Made by a program: the position numbers and the translations under genes
Notes under the pieces: generated by a model
The model's database searches: none
Told to the model about the DNA's origin: nothing
The model's input: the letters and a program-made list of their open reading frames with translations, nothing else
Shown: positions 53,445 to 64,000 of the stretch, piece by piece
Position numbering within the stretch: position 1 is the stretch's first letter
How the letters are laid out: each line of letters opens with the position of its first letter
Origin: Chiloscyllium plagiosum
Lineage: Eukaryota
DNA: 64,000 nucleotides
NCBI RefSeq assembly: GCF_004010195.1
Contig: NC_057750.1
Span: 14,301,221 to 14,365,220 of the forward strand
Reading direction: 5' to 3'

Positions 53445-53698
53445 CTGTATTGAAAGGTCAAATTAGTAACTTTGGTTCTGATTTGGTCCTTATCACGACT
53501 TATCCCAGTAGCTTCAAAAAATTCTTCAGCTATTTTTTCATACACTTTTGCATTTCTCTTGGCTGTTCGGAGGTCTGATAAATATTCATTCCATATACGT
53601 ATCAGAGCACTTGTTTCAACCTCGGTCCAGTTACTTGATCTCTTTGGTTTCTCAATCTGAGCAGCTGAATTGCTGCTGCCACTGTTACAAGCTGCCAT
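53445..53698 (-). CDS. Nested antisense MSANTD1-like gene, coding exon 1 (Myb/SANT-like DNA-binding domain)
   Basis: ATG in good Kozak context (aaaATGG) with an in-frame TGA 5 codons upstream; SSNWTEVETSALIRIWNEY...KRNAKVYEKIAEEF..TG..RDKDQIRTKVTNLTFQY; ends AG|GTAAGC (phase 2). Confidence 0.9.
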
Positions 53699-55269
53699 TT
53701 TGGAAATACATCAACATATCGTGAGAGGAAGGTTTAAACATCTTATCTCTGAGAGCTCATGACTGATGACTAATTGAAAACCTTTTAGATTCTGGCAAGC
53801 TTTTCTAAAACCTTTTTAGAAAACATTCAAAAGGTTTTAGATAAAAGGGTTGGTGATGGATGACTAACACAAGTTCTTTCAAGTGAAAGCGTTTGAATGA
53901 AAGCTTCTAGAATACTACCGTCTGTCAAGGATGCAGGATTTTGGCATTCTGTACTGTATTTAAATACTTAAAGCTTTTTGAGCTGGTGCCTGTTAGCTCT
54001 TGCAGTAAAGTGGCTGTTGCCAAGGTAACATTGTATCAGTAATGGTCTAGCTGATGATGCTAGTTTGCCTAAAAGCTTTTAATTGGCTCTCTCTATGTAT
54101 TGAGGGTTGCTCTTTAATTCTAAAAGCTCTCAGTTGAAACCTCTGAATTAACCATCTGTCGGAAGTGTTAATTAATGTGATTAAGAACTGAAAGCCTGAA
54201 ATAGATTTATTCTATGTGACTAGCTGCATTGTCCTCCCTTTCAGTCATTGTCAACAGAAAACACTGTAATTTAGCTTCACAAAATGCTATTCTCATGTAC
54301 TTCCTTATTTGAAATGTTGGTTGAATTTTACAACATATGGTTCCTCCATGCACCATGTATCTGACATAACTGCAGTACAATTTATTCATTTTTGATCTTG
54401 AATATGACTAATCCTGTTACTTTTGGGTGCTTCTGACAAATGGGATTTCCTGATGAAAAATTCTGCAAAAGATCCTTTATTCTAATAGTCCGTGACACAA
54501 ATGTGGCTTAGCAAAGTCATGAAATGCAGCAAAAGAATTAAAGTCCTCAGTATATAGTGTCTAAAAGCAACTGCTATTCTCTTCTGGCAGCTAAAATGTG
54601 CAGTTAACGTTTGCACTTATAAATTGTTGTAAAGAAAACTTTGCTTTACAATTGTGCAATGAGCATTGGTGTGACTCAGAAGCTTGCTTCTAATCCAAGT
54701 ACTTTTGAAGAAATCTTGTGAGAGTAAGATCACCTTGAGGGGGGCATCTTATTGAACTTGAGCTTGACACTGCATGGAGAATAACTCCATTGCATTGTTA
54801 AGCTAATGTAAAGAGTACTCAGAGTCCATTGAATCTTGTAGCTACTTTATAAACTGAAAAAGTCTTGAGAGGTTACTTCCCCTGTCCATGCTTTCAGTAC
54901 TCTTAAAATTGTTCTAATTGAGAGCTGAAAGTGTGTATTCAGATTTCTCTTTTGGCTGGAAGAGTGATACTTTATAACTCACTCACTTTAGCTGCAGATC
55001 ACTAATAAGCTACTGATTTCAGCACTACTACGGCTTTAAAATTTTTTGCTGTAACTGCAAGCTTTCTGCAATAGTTGATCTTGCATTATTAAAAACAAAG
55101 CATAAGCTGCAGATGGTTTCACATTGCTGAATCAAGCAGATGTTAATGAATTTACAACTAGGCTGCCAATATAATAAGAAATAATTTCAGTAATAAATAA
55201 TGTTGCAGCATTTATTACAAATGATAGATTAACAATTATGCAGTTATTTAAAGATTGAACGTACAAACC

Positions 55270-57470
55270 TATAAGTTAAAAGTAGGTGGAGGCCATTCAG
55301 CTCCTTGAGTCTGTTCCACCATTCATAACTGATCTAATTATAGCCTAGGCTCCACTTTCCCATCAAGTGAGCATTACCCGGAGAAAGTCAGCACTGCAGA
55401 TGCTGGAGATCAAAGTCAAAAAGTATGATGCTGGAAAAGCACAGCCGGTCAGGCAGCATCCGAGGAGCAGGAGACTCGATATTTTGAGCAAGTTCTTCAT
55501 TATTCCACACTTTTTGACTCTGCACCCCTGTTACCACTTGACTCCCTGCAGTTAAAAATCTGTCAACTTCTGCCTTAATATAAATGTCACAGACCTGGCC
55601 TTTGCTGTTCTGAGGAAGAAAATTCTACAGACTCATGACCCTTGAAAGAAACAAATCCTGCTCATCTCCCTCTTAAGTGGGTGATGATTTGGAGATGTAT
55701 CAACTTCTGCCTTAAAATAAATGTCACAGACATGGCCTTCGCTGTTCTGAGGAAGAAAATTCTACAGACTCATGACCCTTGAAAGAAAAAATTCCTGCTC
55801 ATCTCCCTCTTAAGTGGGTGATGATTTGGAGATGCTGGTGTTGGACTGGGGTGTACAAAGTTAAAAATCACACAACACCAGGTTATAGTCCAACAGGTTT
55901 AATTGGAAGCACACTAGCTTTTGGAGCGCCGCTCTTTCATCAGGTGATCCTGATGAAGGAGCGGCGCTCTGAAAACCAGTGATTTTTAAATTAAATGGGT
56001 GACACCTTGTTTTTAAACTGTGTCCCCTACACAATCTTTATCCTACAACAGAAAGCATTCCTTCAGCATCCACCCTGTCAAGTATCGTCAGGCTCTTATA
56101 TGTTTCATTAAGATTATTATTTTTCTGAACTCCAATGGTTATGTGTGCAGTTTGTCCAACGTATTTCCCAAGATAACACCCTCATACCAAAAATCAGTCA
56201 TGAACTGTCTCAGAACTGCCTCAAATGCAATTACATCCTTGAATGAGGAGACCAAAGCCATAGACAATATATGTGATATAATCAAATGAATGCCTTGTAT
56301 AACTGTAGCAAAAATCCCTACATTTGTGTTCAATTTCCTTTTCAATAAACAACCATATTCTATTTGGCTTCCTAATCACTTGCTGTACATGTATAATAAC
56401 ATATTGTAATCCATATACTAGGAGACCATATTCTGCAGTACCTCAGAGTTCTGCAGTCTCTCCCTCTCTTTAAATAATATACTGTTGTTCTATTCTTCCT
56501 GCCAAAGTGGACAAGTTTATATCATGTTATGCTTCATCTGCCAGATTTTTTGCCCACTTAACCTTTCAATAACTTTGTCTTATTTCATGACTTATTTTTG
56601 TAGCAATTTTTGCATAATCACCAAATTTAGATACCATGCTTTCAATCCCTTGATCCAAGATATTCCATCCTTTCAGCCAAGTCATTTAAATAGATTATAA
56701 GTAATTGAGGCCCAAGCACTGATACTTGTGGCACTTCAGTTGTTGCACCTTGCCAACTCGAACATGGCACATTGAAACCTATTCTTTATTTCCTGTTAGC
56801 TAATAAGTCTTCTGATAATAGTTTAATCTCTACATCATGTGTTCATGTAGTTAGTAACTGTTGAGTGGCATCTTGCCAAATGCCTTCATAAAATCTAAGT
56901 GCACCACATCCACAGTTTCCCCTTTATTCACAATGTTTGCTACTTCCTCAAATAAGTCTAATAAATTAGTCAAGCATGATTTCCCTTTCACCAAACCACG
57001 TTGACTTGATCTAATGGCAAGAAAACCTAATATGCCGCAATTACCTTCTTAAACTAAATGCGAACATTTTTTCTGTGACAAATGTTAAGCTAACTGGCCT
57101 ATGGTTTCCTTCTTTCTATCTCCTCCTATTTTGAATAGAGGTATTTGCTATTTTTCAAAGTCTTGTGGCCTTTCCAGAGTCAAGGGAATTTTGGAAAATT
57201 AAACTAATGCAACTGCTATCCCAGCAGTCACTCACTTTAGAATCCTAGAAAGAAGTTTTATGTTACCCAAGTAATTTTCTCAGGATAGTTTCCCTATTAT
57301 AGTAACTGTTTTAAGTTCATTTTTTTACTTCTCTGTTTACACATATTTCTGAGATGTTCGTATCCTCTACAGTAAAACCAAATATTTGTTCAATTCATCT
57401 GCCATCTCTTATTTTCTATTTTTACTTCCCCAGACACTCTGTAGGACCAACTTACACTTTTCCTTTTGAA
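55270..57470 (-). mobile_element. Decayed CR1 with nested Penelope-derived pieces and a 137-bp tandem duplication
   Basis: CR1 ORF2 remnants on the minus strand (VVHLDF, GKSCLTNLL, YRPVSL). Confidence 0.7.
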
Positions 57471-57479
57471 TACATATTG

Positions 57480-57662
57480 ACACCCCCACCCACTCTCATT
57501 TATCTCTCCACTGCAGGCACCCTGCCTCTATTCCTGATGAAGGGCTTTTGCCCGAAATGTCGATTTTCCTGCTCCTCGGATGCTGCCTGAGCTGCTGTGC
57601 TTTTCCAGCACCATTCTAATCTAGACTCTGGTTTCCAGCATCTGCCGTCCTTGTTTTTACCT
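57480..57662 (+). mobile_element. Penelope-like 3' terminal fragment
   Basis: CTGATGAAGGGCTTTTGCCCGAAATGTC...ttttccagca...ccagcatctgc tail. Confidence 0.75.
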
Positions 57663-57839
57663 AGTTGAAAGGTGAAATAGCCTGCTTCTGCTAATTTGCG
57701 TGTTCTAGAAGATACTTCTCATTTTGAGTCACGAATACAATTGCGGTCCCTCAAAAATATGATTCTGTTCCTTGTGTCGAGAGGAGTTTCTCATCTGTTG
57801 ATGCACTTGCTTATTGCAGCATGTCATTGATCTTTTCAG

Positions 57840-57934
57840 GTATGAGGGGGTCCACTCCACTTGATGTTGCAGCTGCTTCATGCATTGACAATAATGAACT
57901 TGCCTTGGCTTTGCGGGAGCCTGATCTGGAAAAG
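57840..57934 (+). CDS. RYR1: RYR1 exon (~human exon 42)
   Basis: cttttcag acceptor; [32 protein letters not shown]; gtaata donor; 95 nt. Lacks the ASPx insert seen in RYR2/RYR3, favouring RYR1. Confidence 0.95.
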
Positions 57935-58409
57935 GTAATAAAGCTGTAAAACTTCCATGCATTATCAGACAATTTTGTTAAATCCTGGACATGACCGGCA
58001 GATAGTATGAAAAAAAGTGCATTGTGTTCCACCTGGCATCGGAAAACAATTTATTACATTAGATAATTTATTCTGTTTCGTCTTGAGTATATAAAGCTGT
58101 TCAAAACAGCTGGGAAAATCATGTTTCCATAATTTCTCAATATCCTCAACATACCTTGAGAATGCAGACTAAAAAGCAAAAACTAAGACACCCTCCCCCC
58201 ACCCAAACAAAAATGTCATGGATTTTAGCATTATTTTTATAGATCGCATCGGGAATGTGATAAAGATTAATGGGCAAGACATTTGTTCTAACATATTAAA
58301 CAAAAAGGAAATTACTTTTAAAATAATGTGTTTTGACTATTTACTTAATGTGAAACATTGAACAAAATGGACCAAGTATTCTCACTTACATTATTTTTTA
58401 AAAATTTAC

Positions 58410-58825
58410 TCTTGCATACCTTATGAGTAGTGCTGGCAAAGCTAATATTTATTGCCATCCTTAATTACCCTTGGGCTGCATGGCTTACTCGGTCATTTCT
58501 CAGGGCAGTTAAGAGTCAATCACATTGCAAGGGGACTGGAGGCATATGAAGGCCAGACAAGGCAAGGTTTTCCTTACCTAAGCAGCATACGTGAACTGGA
58601 GGGTTCTCACAGATAATCATTGTCATCATTTTTTTGTAATATAATAATTTTTTGTAACATAACAATTTTATTGTCACAATTACTGAACCAATTTGCAATC
58701 TAAATTTGTTAATTAAATTGAAATTTGGCCAACTACTGTGGTAGCATTTGAACCTGTGTCACCAGATATTAGCCTAGGCCAATGACACGTATGGTCCAAT
58801 GATATTGCAACTACACCATTGTCTC
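58410..58825 (-). mobile_element. Deu-type tRNA-derived SINE (decayed)
   Basis: Similar to copies at ~1955-2318, 9855-10205 and 42640-42900. Confidence 0.6.
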
Positions 58826-60081
58826 CCGCATAATTAAAGCTGGAGAGAATATTCATAATTTTATACTCAGCAATGATCAGAAAAATGCATTGAATTTCCA
58901 AAATTATTCCTTACTCAATGGGAGTGTAAAGATGCGAAATTTCATTCTATTATAAACAACCAAAGGCTCGAGGTGCACTGAGGATCTGACAGGGAATTGA
59001 GTTTTTTCTGTAGGAGTTGAATACAGTAAAAATAATTAAATATATCTAAAGGAAGGGTTGAGTGCATGCAAACACATTGCTTAGGTTTGAGATACTCAGC
59101 ATCTGTGGAAAGAGAAACAGAGTTAATGTTTTGGGACCAATTTAGGTCTGAAGAAAATACTGCCAGATCTGTTTAGTACTTCAGACTTTTTTTTAATGCC
59201 TGAATTCCAGCATCATAGTACTTTGCTTCTATTTGTAGATGAATGTGTAAAAGTAACAAAATAAAACTGGAAAATGAGTTGTAAACTGAAATGTTACACA
59301 ATCAAGCGTTTGACAGTTTGTAATTTTTACATTGAAAATTGCATACTATGCAATATAAACAGCAAAACTGATATATTGGCAATGTCACCATTAGGTAGCG
59401 CAATGATTCTGCATGTGCAGAAACACAGTGGTGCAGTGCTACATCACAGCAAAATGGAGGAACTGGATCTGCCTGCCATGAAGATAGTGCTGTCCATGAA
59501 ATCACAGTGTAGGGCAACCAAGATCACTCAGTTATACCTGCATTTGTAGCAGACACACAAATTAAAATTCATGTGTTGCCCCATGAGGTCACAATGCAGT
59601 CTTTTCTCAAGTGTGGTTTTCCATGTATTTTCTTAAACTCTTTAGAACCAATGATATCTTGGAGCGTACACTCCCATTTTTAATGCGTGTAAGCTTTCAA
59701 AAGACAAAAGCTTTGATACATTGCTGCAACAACAGGCTAGAGTTGATTGCCGCAAATATGTAAGTTTGATGTTGCAAGTCACATATTTTCAATACTAAAT
59801 GGAAATGTAATCATGCTGGGGCATTTGAACATCACTCTTTTCTGAACTGGTCCAATCACATGTGGGTACTGAGGTTATCTGGGTGCACTCAGACGCATAC
59901 TGGCAACTGATATACAGTCATAGCTAGCTGATATCATGAGGACCATCTGGATGTGTGTGTGTTCTGTGTCATCTTTGGCATCGCAAGCACAAACTCCACT
60001 TTAAATGACGTCCTGTTTTCTTTAGCATAGTAATTTTTAAAAGTCATTCTCTTGGCTTTTGTCATTTATTTCCAATTTTAG

Positions 60082-60222
<141 letters not shown>

Positions 60223-60744
60223 TAGACCAATTTAGCAAACATCAGTAAAAGATAATTAAATGCCCATTTCAATATATTTCTAGAGTCAGGGATCATATAT
60301 AATACACTGAATTTCACAATGTTGGCACAAGCACAGATTGTATAGATATATGGGTGCGATCAAGTTATTGAAGTTGTCAACCTAGAATGATTAAGTCATC
60401 AATTGGAGAACTGGGACTTTTCACCCTGGAGCAGAGGAGCCTAAAAGGAGATTTGACAGAAGTTTTTAAAATGATGAGGTGTTGGACAGAGTAGACGGGC
60501 AGAAGCTGTTCTTACTCACAAAAAGATTAAGACCAAGAGGGCTGAGTTTGAAAATGGTTTGCAAAAAAAAAAAAATGTGATGTGTGAGAAATCTTTCTCA
60601 TGTAGCTAGTAGTTTTAATCTGGAATGCACTGCTGAGAGATGTGATGAAGGAAAGTTCAATTGAGGCATTCAAGAAAGCATTAAATGTTTCTATTCAAAT
60701 AATCAATGTGTAGGAATACAGGGAAAAGGTAGGATAGAATAGAA

Positions 60745-61081
60745 AGAATCCCTACAGCATGTCAATAGGCCCTTCGGCCCAACAAGTTCACATCGACCCT
60801 CCAAAGAGTAACCTACCCAGACTCATTCCCCTACATTTAACCCCTGACTAATGCACCGAACCTACACCTCCCTGAACACTGTAGACAATTTAGCATGGCC
60901 AATTCACCTAACCTGCACATCTTTGGATAGTGGGAGGAAACCCGATCACCTGGAGAAAACCCACACATACACAGGGAGAACGTGCAAACTCCACACAGAC
61001 AGTTACCCGAGGCTGGAATCAAAGCTGGGTCCCTGGTGCTGTGAGGCAGCAGTGTTAACCACTGAACCACCATGCCACCCC
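60745..61081 (-). mobile_element. HE1-type SINE
   Basis: Matches the other copies. Confidence 0.85.
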
Positions 61082-61416
61082 AGAGATTGACACCAGGTCA
61101 TAATGCTAACTCAGCAGGAATAGTTCTCCTATCAACTCTTTCTGAACCCCTCATTATTGTGACATAACTCTATCTGAACTGTATTAATTATAATCTATAG
61201 AAATACTATCTATCACAAAGAAAAAAACAGTAGAAAATGTGACTACAATTAATGAGAAATATTTCATGATTCAAAAAGAAATCTTTCCAGTAGTGAAGTG
61301 CAACTACTTCTAGATATTTTTAAGGCAAAGTGATTGAAAAGGTTGAATTAGATACTTCTTTCTTTCGTAGTAGTAGCCACCCACCTGCCTGTACAATGTT
61401 TTCTGTATGATTGCAG

Positions 61417-61603
61417 GAGAAAGTGTAGAAGAAAACGCCAATGTTGTTGTGCGTTTATTGATCCGTCGCCCTGAATGCTTTGGACCAGCCCTCAGGGGTG
61501 AAGGTGGGAGTGGCTTGCTAGGAGCCATTGAGGATGCCATCAAGATTTCTGAGGATCCTGCCCGTGATGGACCAACAGTCAAGAAAGATCGTAGACGGGA
61601 ATT
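61417..61603 (+). CDS. RYR1: RYR1 exon (~human exon 44)
   Basis: attgcag acceptor; [35 protein letters not shown]...[17 protein letters not shown]; gtaagg donor; 187 nt. Confidence 0.95.
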
Positions 61604-62341
61604 GTAAGGAAATAAATTAAGTACAATCAATATGATATAAATGTTATTTCTGTCTCTTGCAAGACTCCCAAGTCTAAAAATCTTTGTGGCCAAAAATTTG
61701 GAAGCCTAATTTCTGCATGAAATTAGAGCAGGAGTAGGGAATTTGTCCCCTCAAGCTTCTCTGACATTCATATTTGCGATGTAATGTGCAAGAAAGTTTT
61801 CTCACGTAGCTAGTAGTTTTATTCTGGAACGTAGTCCTCTCACTGGCAATTATCTGAGGCCAAACCAAACCCATTCACTGCCTCAGTGTTGTCTTTGACC
61901 CTATAATTTGATTGAGTGATAGAAGATTAAAACTGGGGAAAAGCTGTTCCCATGAGCTGATGTTACAGGAATTATGGGGAAACAGATTTATGATATTCGA
62001 CAAGGATTTCAGGGGGATATGAGGGAGAACGTTTTAACACAGTGAGTGGTAATGACCTGGAAATCATTGCCGGTGAACATTGAGATGATAAATGATTTCA
62101 TAAATTAGAAGGGCAGTTGAGGAAACGTAATTAGATGGCTACAGGGATTGATTAGTGGAGTGGCATTGACTGGATCATTCCATGGATGGCCAGCATAAGA
62201 CTATAGTAGGCTGAATGGGCTACTTCTGTGTCATAAAGGACTATGTCATCTATCTGCAGCTCTGTGTTTTCCTATTTAGATCAAGCAGACCAATTGCTTG
62301 TTAACACAATAGTGATTGCCTACAATCACTAGTGATTTGTG

Positions 62342-62668
62342 AGCAGCACGGTGGCACAGTGGTTAGCACTGTTGCCTCACAGCGCCAGAGACCCGGGTTC
62401 AATTCCCACCTCAGGCGACTGACTGTGTGGAGTTTGCACGTTCTCCCCGTGTCTGCATGGGTTTCCTCCGGGTGCTCCGGTTTCCTCCCACAGTCCAAAG
62501 ATGTGCAGGTCAGGTGAATTGGCCATGCTAAATTGCCCGTAGTGTTAGGTATAGGGGTAAATGTAGGGGTATGAGTGGGTTGCGCTTCGGCGGGTCGGTG
62601 TGGACTTGTTGGGCCGAAGGGCCTGTTTCCACACTGTAACGTAATCTAATCTAATCTAATCTAATCTA
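62342..62668 (+). mobile_element. HE1-type SINE, young copy
   Basis: CpG-rich, with an intact (taatc)n tail. Confidence 0.88.
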
Positions 62669-63589
62669 AAATCTACATGGAACATATTGTGCAATTGAAA
62701 GGCAACCTGAAATTTGGGTTGTGTCCTCTGTTGCTGTTGCCCTCCCCATCTCTGGTCTGTTTCTTTCCTGAGAAATACCTAACATTTGTTGCCCATCCCT
62801 AATTGTCTTTGTCAGCAGTTCAAGGTCAACCACATTGCTTTGTTTGTAGTCACATGTATGTCAGATCAATAAAGGATGGCAGATTTCCTTCCATAGTGGG
62901 TTTTTTTTTAGATGATAACCAATGGCAGTTTCATGATCACCATTACTGGCAGAAGCTTTCAATTCCAGAAGCTTCTGGATTACTCGTTCCCACCACTATC
63001 ATCTTCCCTTCATGGCTTTGAGCACATGCAAGTGGGAACAGAATCTGGAAGTGTTTGGAGATATGTTCGTTGCAGTGTCATTCAGAGTGTAATTGACCTA
63101 TTAGATGTTAGTGCAGATTAAAATAATTTGCTAACATCGGTTTTACACTACTGTTCAAGTCTAATTTCACTTGCATTATATTCACTTCAGCCAGATATTT
63201 GATGAGATTTGGTTTTTTAAAAAGAAGCTATTGTCATTTCACATCAAACACAATTTATCCTCAACAATCAGTCTGATTGTGAAACAAGGAAATGTTTGGA
63301 AGGATATGTGCCGGGTGTTGGCAGGTGGGACTAGATTGGGTTGGGATATCTGGTCGGCATGGACGGGTTGAACCAAAGGGTCTGTTTCCGTGCTGTACAT
63401 CTCTCTGACTCTATGACTATAATCCAACAAAAAGTGATGATAATGTTGACAATCCTATCTGAGTCAGGCTGAGCAAAATGGCTGTGATATCAACTTTGTA
63501 ATAGAGTAAATCCTATAGGTGAGCAAAGAAAAATTTGTGTAACTAAATAATGTTATTGTTGACCATGAATTTTTTAAAATCTCTTGTAG

Positions 63590-63698
63590 GTTTAGTGAAG
63601 AAGTCCATGAAGAAAATCGTGTCCATCTGGGTAATGCCATCATGTCTTTCTACTCCGCACTGATTGATCTGTTGGGCCGGTGTGCTCCAGAGATGCAT
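63590..63698 (+). CDS. RYR1: RYR1 exon (~human exon 45)
   Basis: cttgtag acceptor; [36 protein letters not shown]; gtaagt donor; 109 nt. Confidence 0.95.
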
Positions 63699-64000
63699 GT
63701 AAGTGATCACCCAATGCAGATGAATGAACCAACTGCTGATTTTTAAGTTGGACCACACTTCTGAACATGTTGTGATCAGTATGTTCCAAATCTTTTTAAT
63801 GAAAATTTTGAAAACGTCTGTCAAAGTTAAAAGTGACAGTTTACTTTGAAAAATATCTTATTATAACATGCAGGTTGCTGAGCAATATTGATGTGGTGGA
63901 TGTGGCAAAGTTGTCTCCCCTTCTGGAGGGGATTAAGAGGCACAGTTTAAAAATAAGGAGTTCCACATTTAAGACCAAGTTGAGGTGAATGTTTGTTTTT

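Noticed and set aside
60575..61832. Shared ~50-bp sequence (tttctca.gtagctagtagtttta) on both sides of the exon at 61417
   Set aside because: Both are CR1-derived fragments; too short to imply function.

Overview
Vertebrate genomic DNA, repeat-rich and AT-rich. The SINE, CR1 and Penelope repeats point to a shark or other elasmobranch (inference). The + strand carries 15 consecutive internal coding exons of a ryanodine receptor. They splice at GT-AG sites into one open frame of 3033 nt (1011 codons), equivalent to human RYR1 exons ~30-45. RYR1-type diagnostics are the acidic D3 region and GIGLG-MRGSTP without the RYR2/3 ASP insert. The most notable feature sits in the largest intron (38517-57839, ~19.3 kb): a complete three-exon gene on the opposite strand (CDS 53698-53445, 47870-47592, 42496-42238; 263 aa) that the ORF track shows only as three unrelated fragments. 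It encodes an MSANTD1-like protein with a Myb/SANT-like DNA-binding domain, Ser-rich linker, basic NLS-like motif and coiled coil. It has a plausible poly(A) signal and a cluster of inverted repeats upstream of its ATG. The introns otherwise hold HE1-type and Deu-type SINEs, CR1/L2-group and Tx1-like LINE remnants, Tigger-type MITEs, a candidate solo LTR, and several Penelope-like elements with minimal hammerhead ribozyme motifs, 13-15 bp TSDs and long inverted repeats. Repeat boundaries are approximate. Comparisons to human proteins and exon sizes are from memory, not from a database search.
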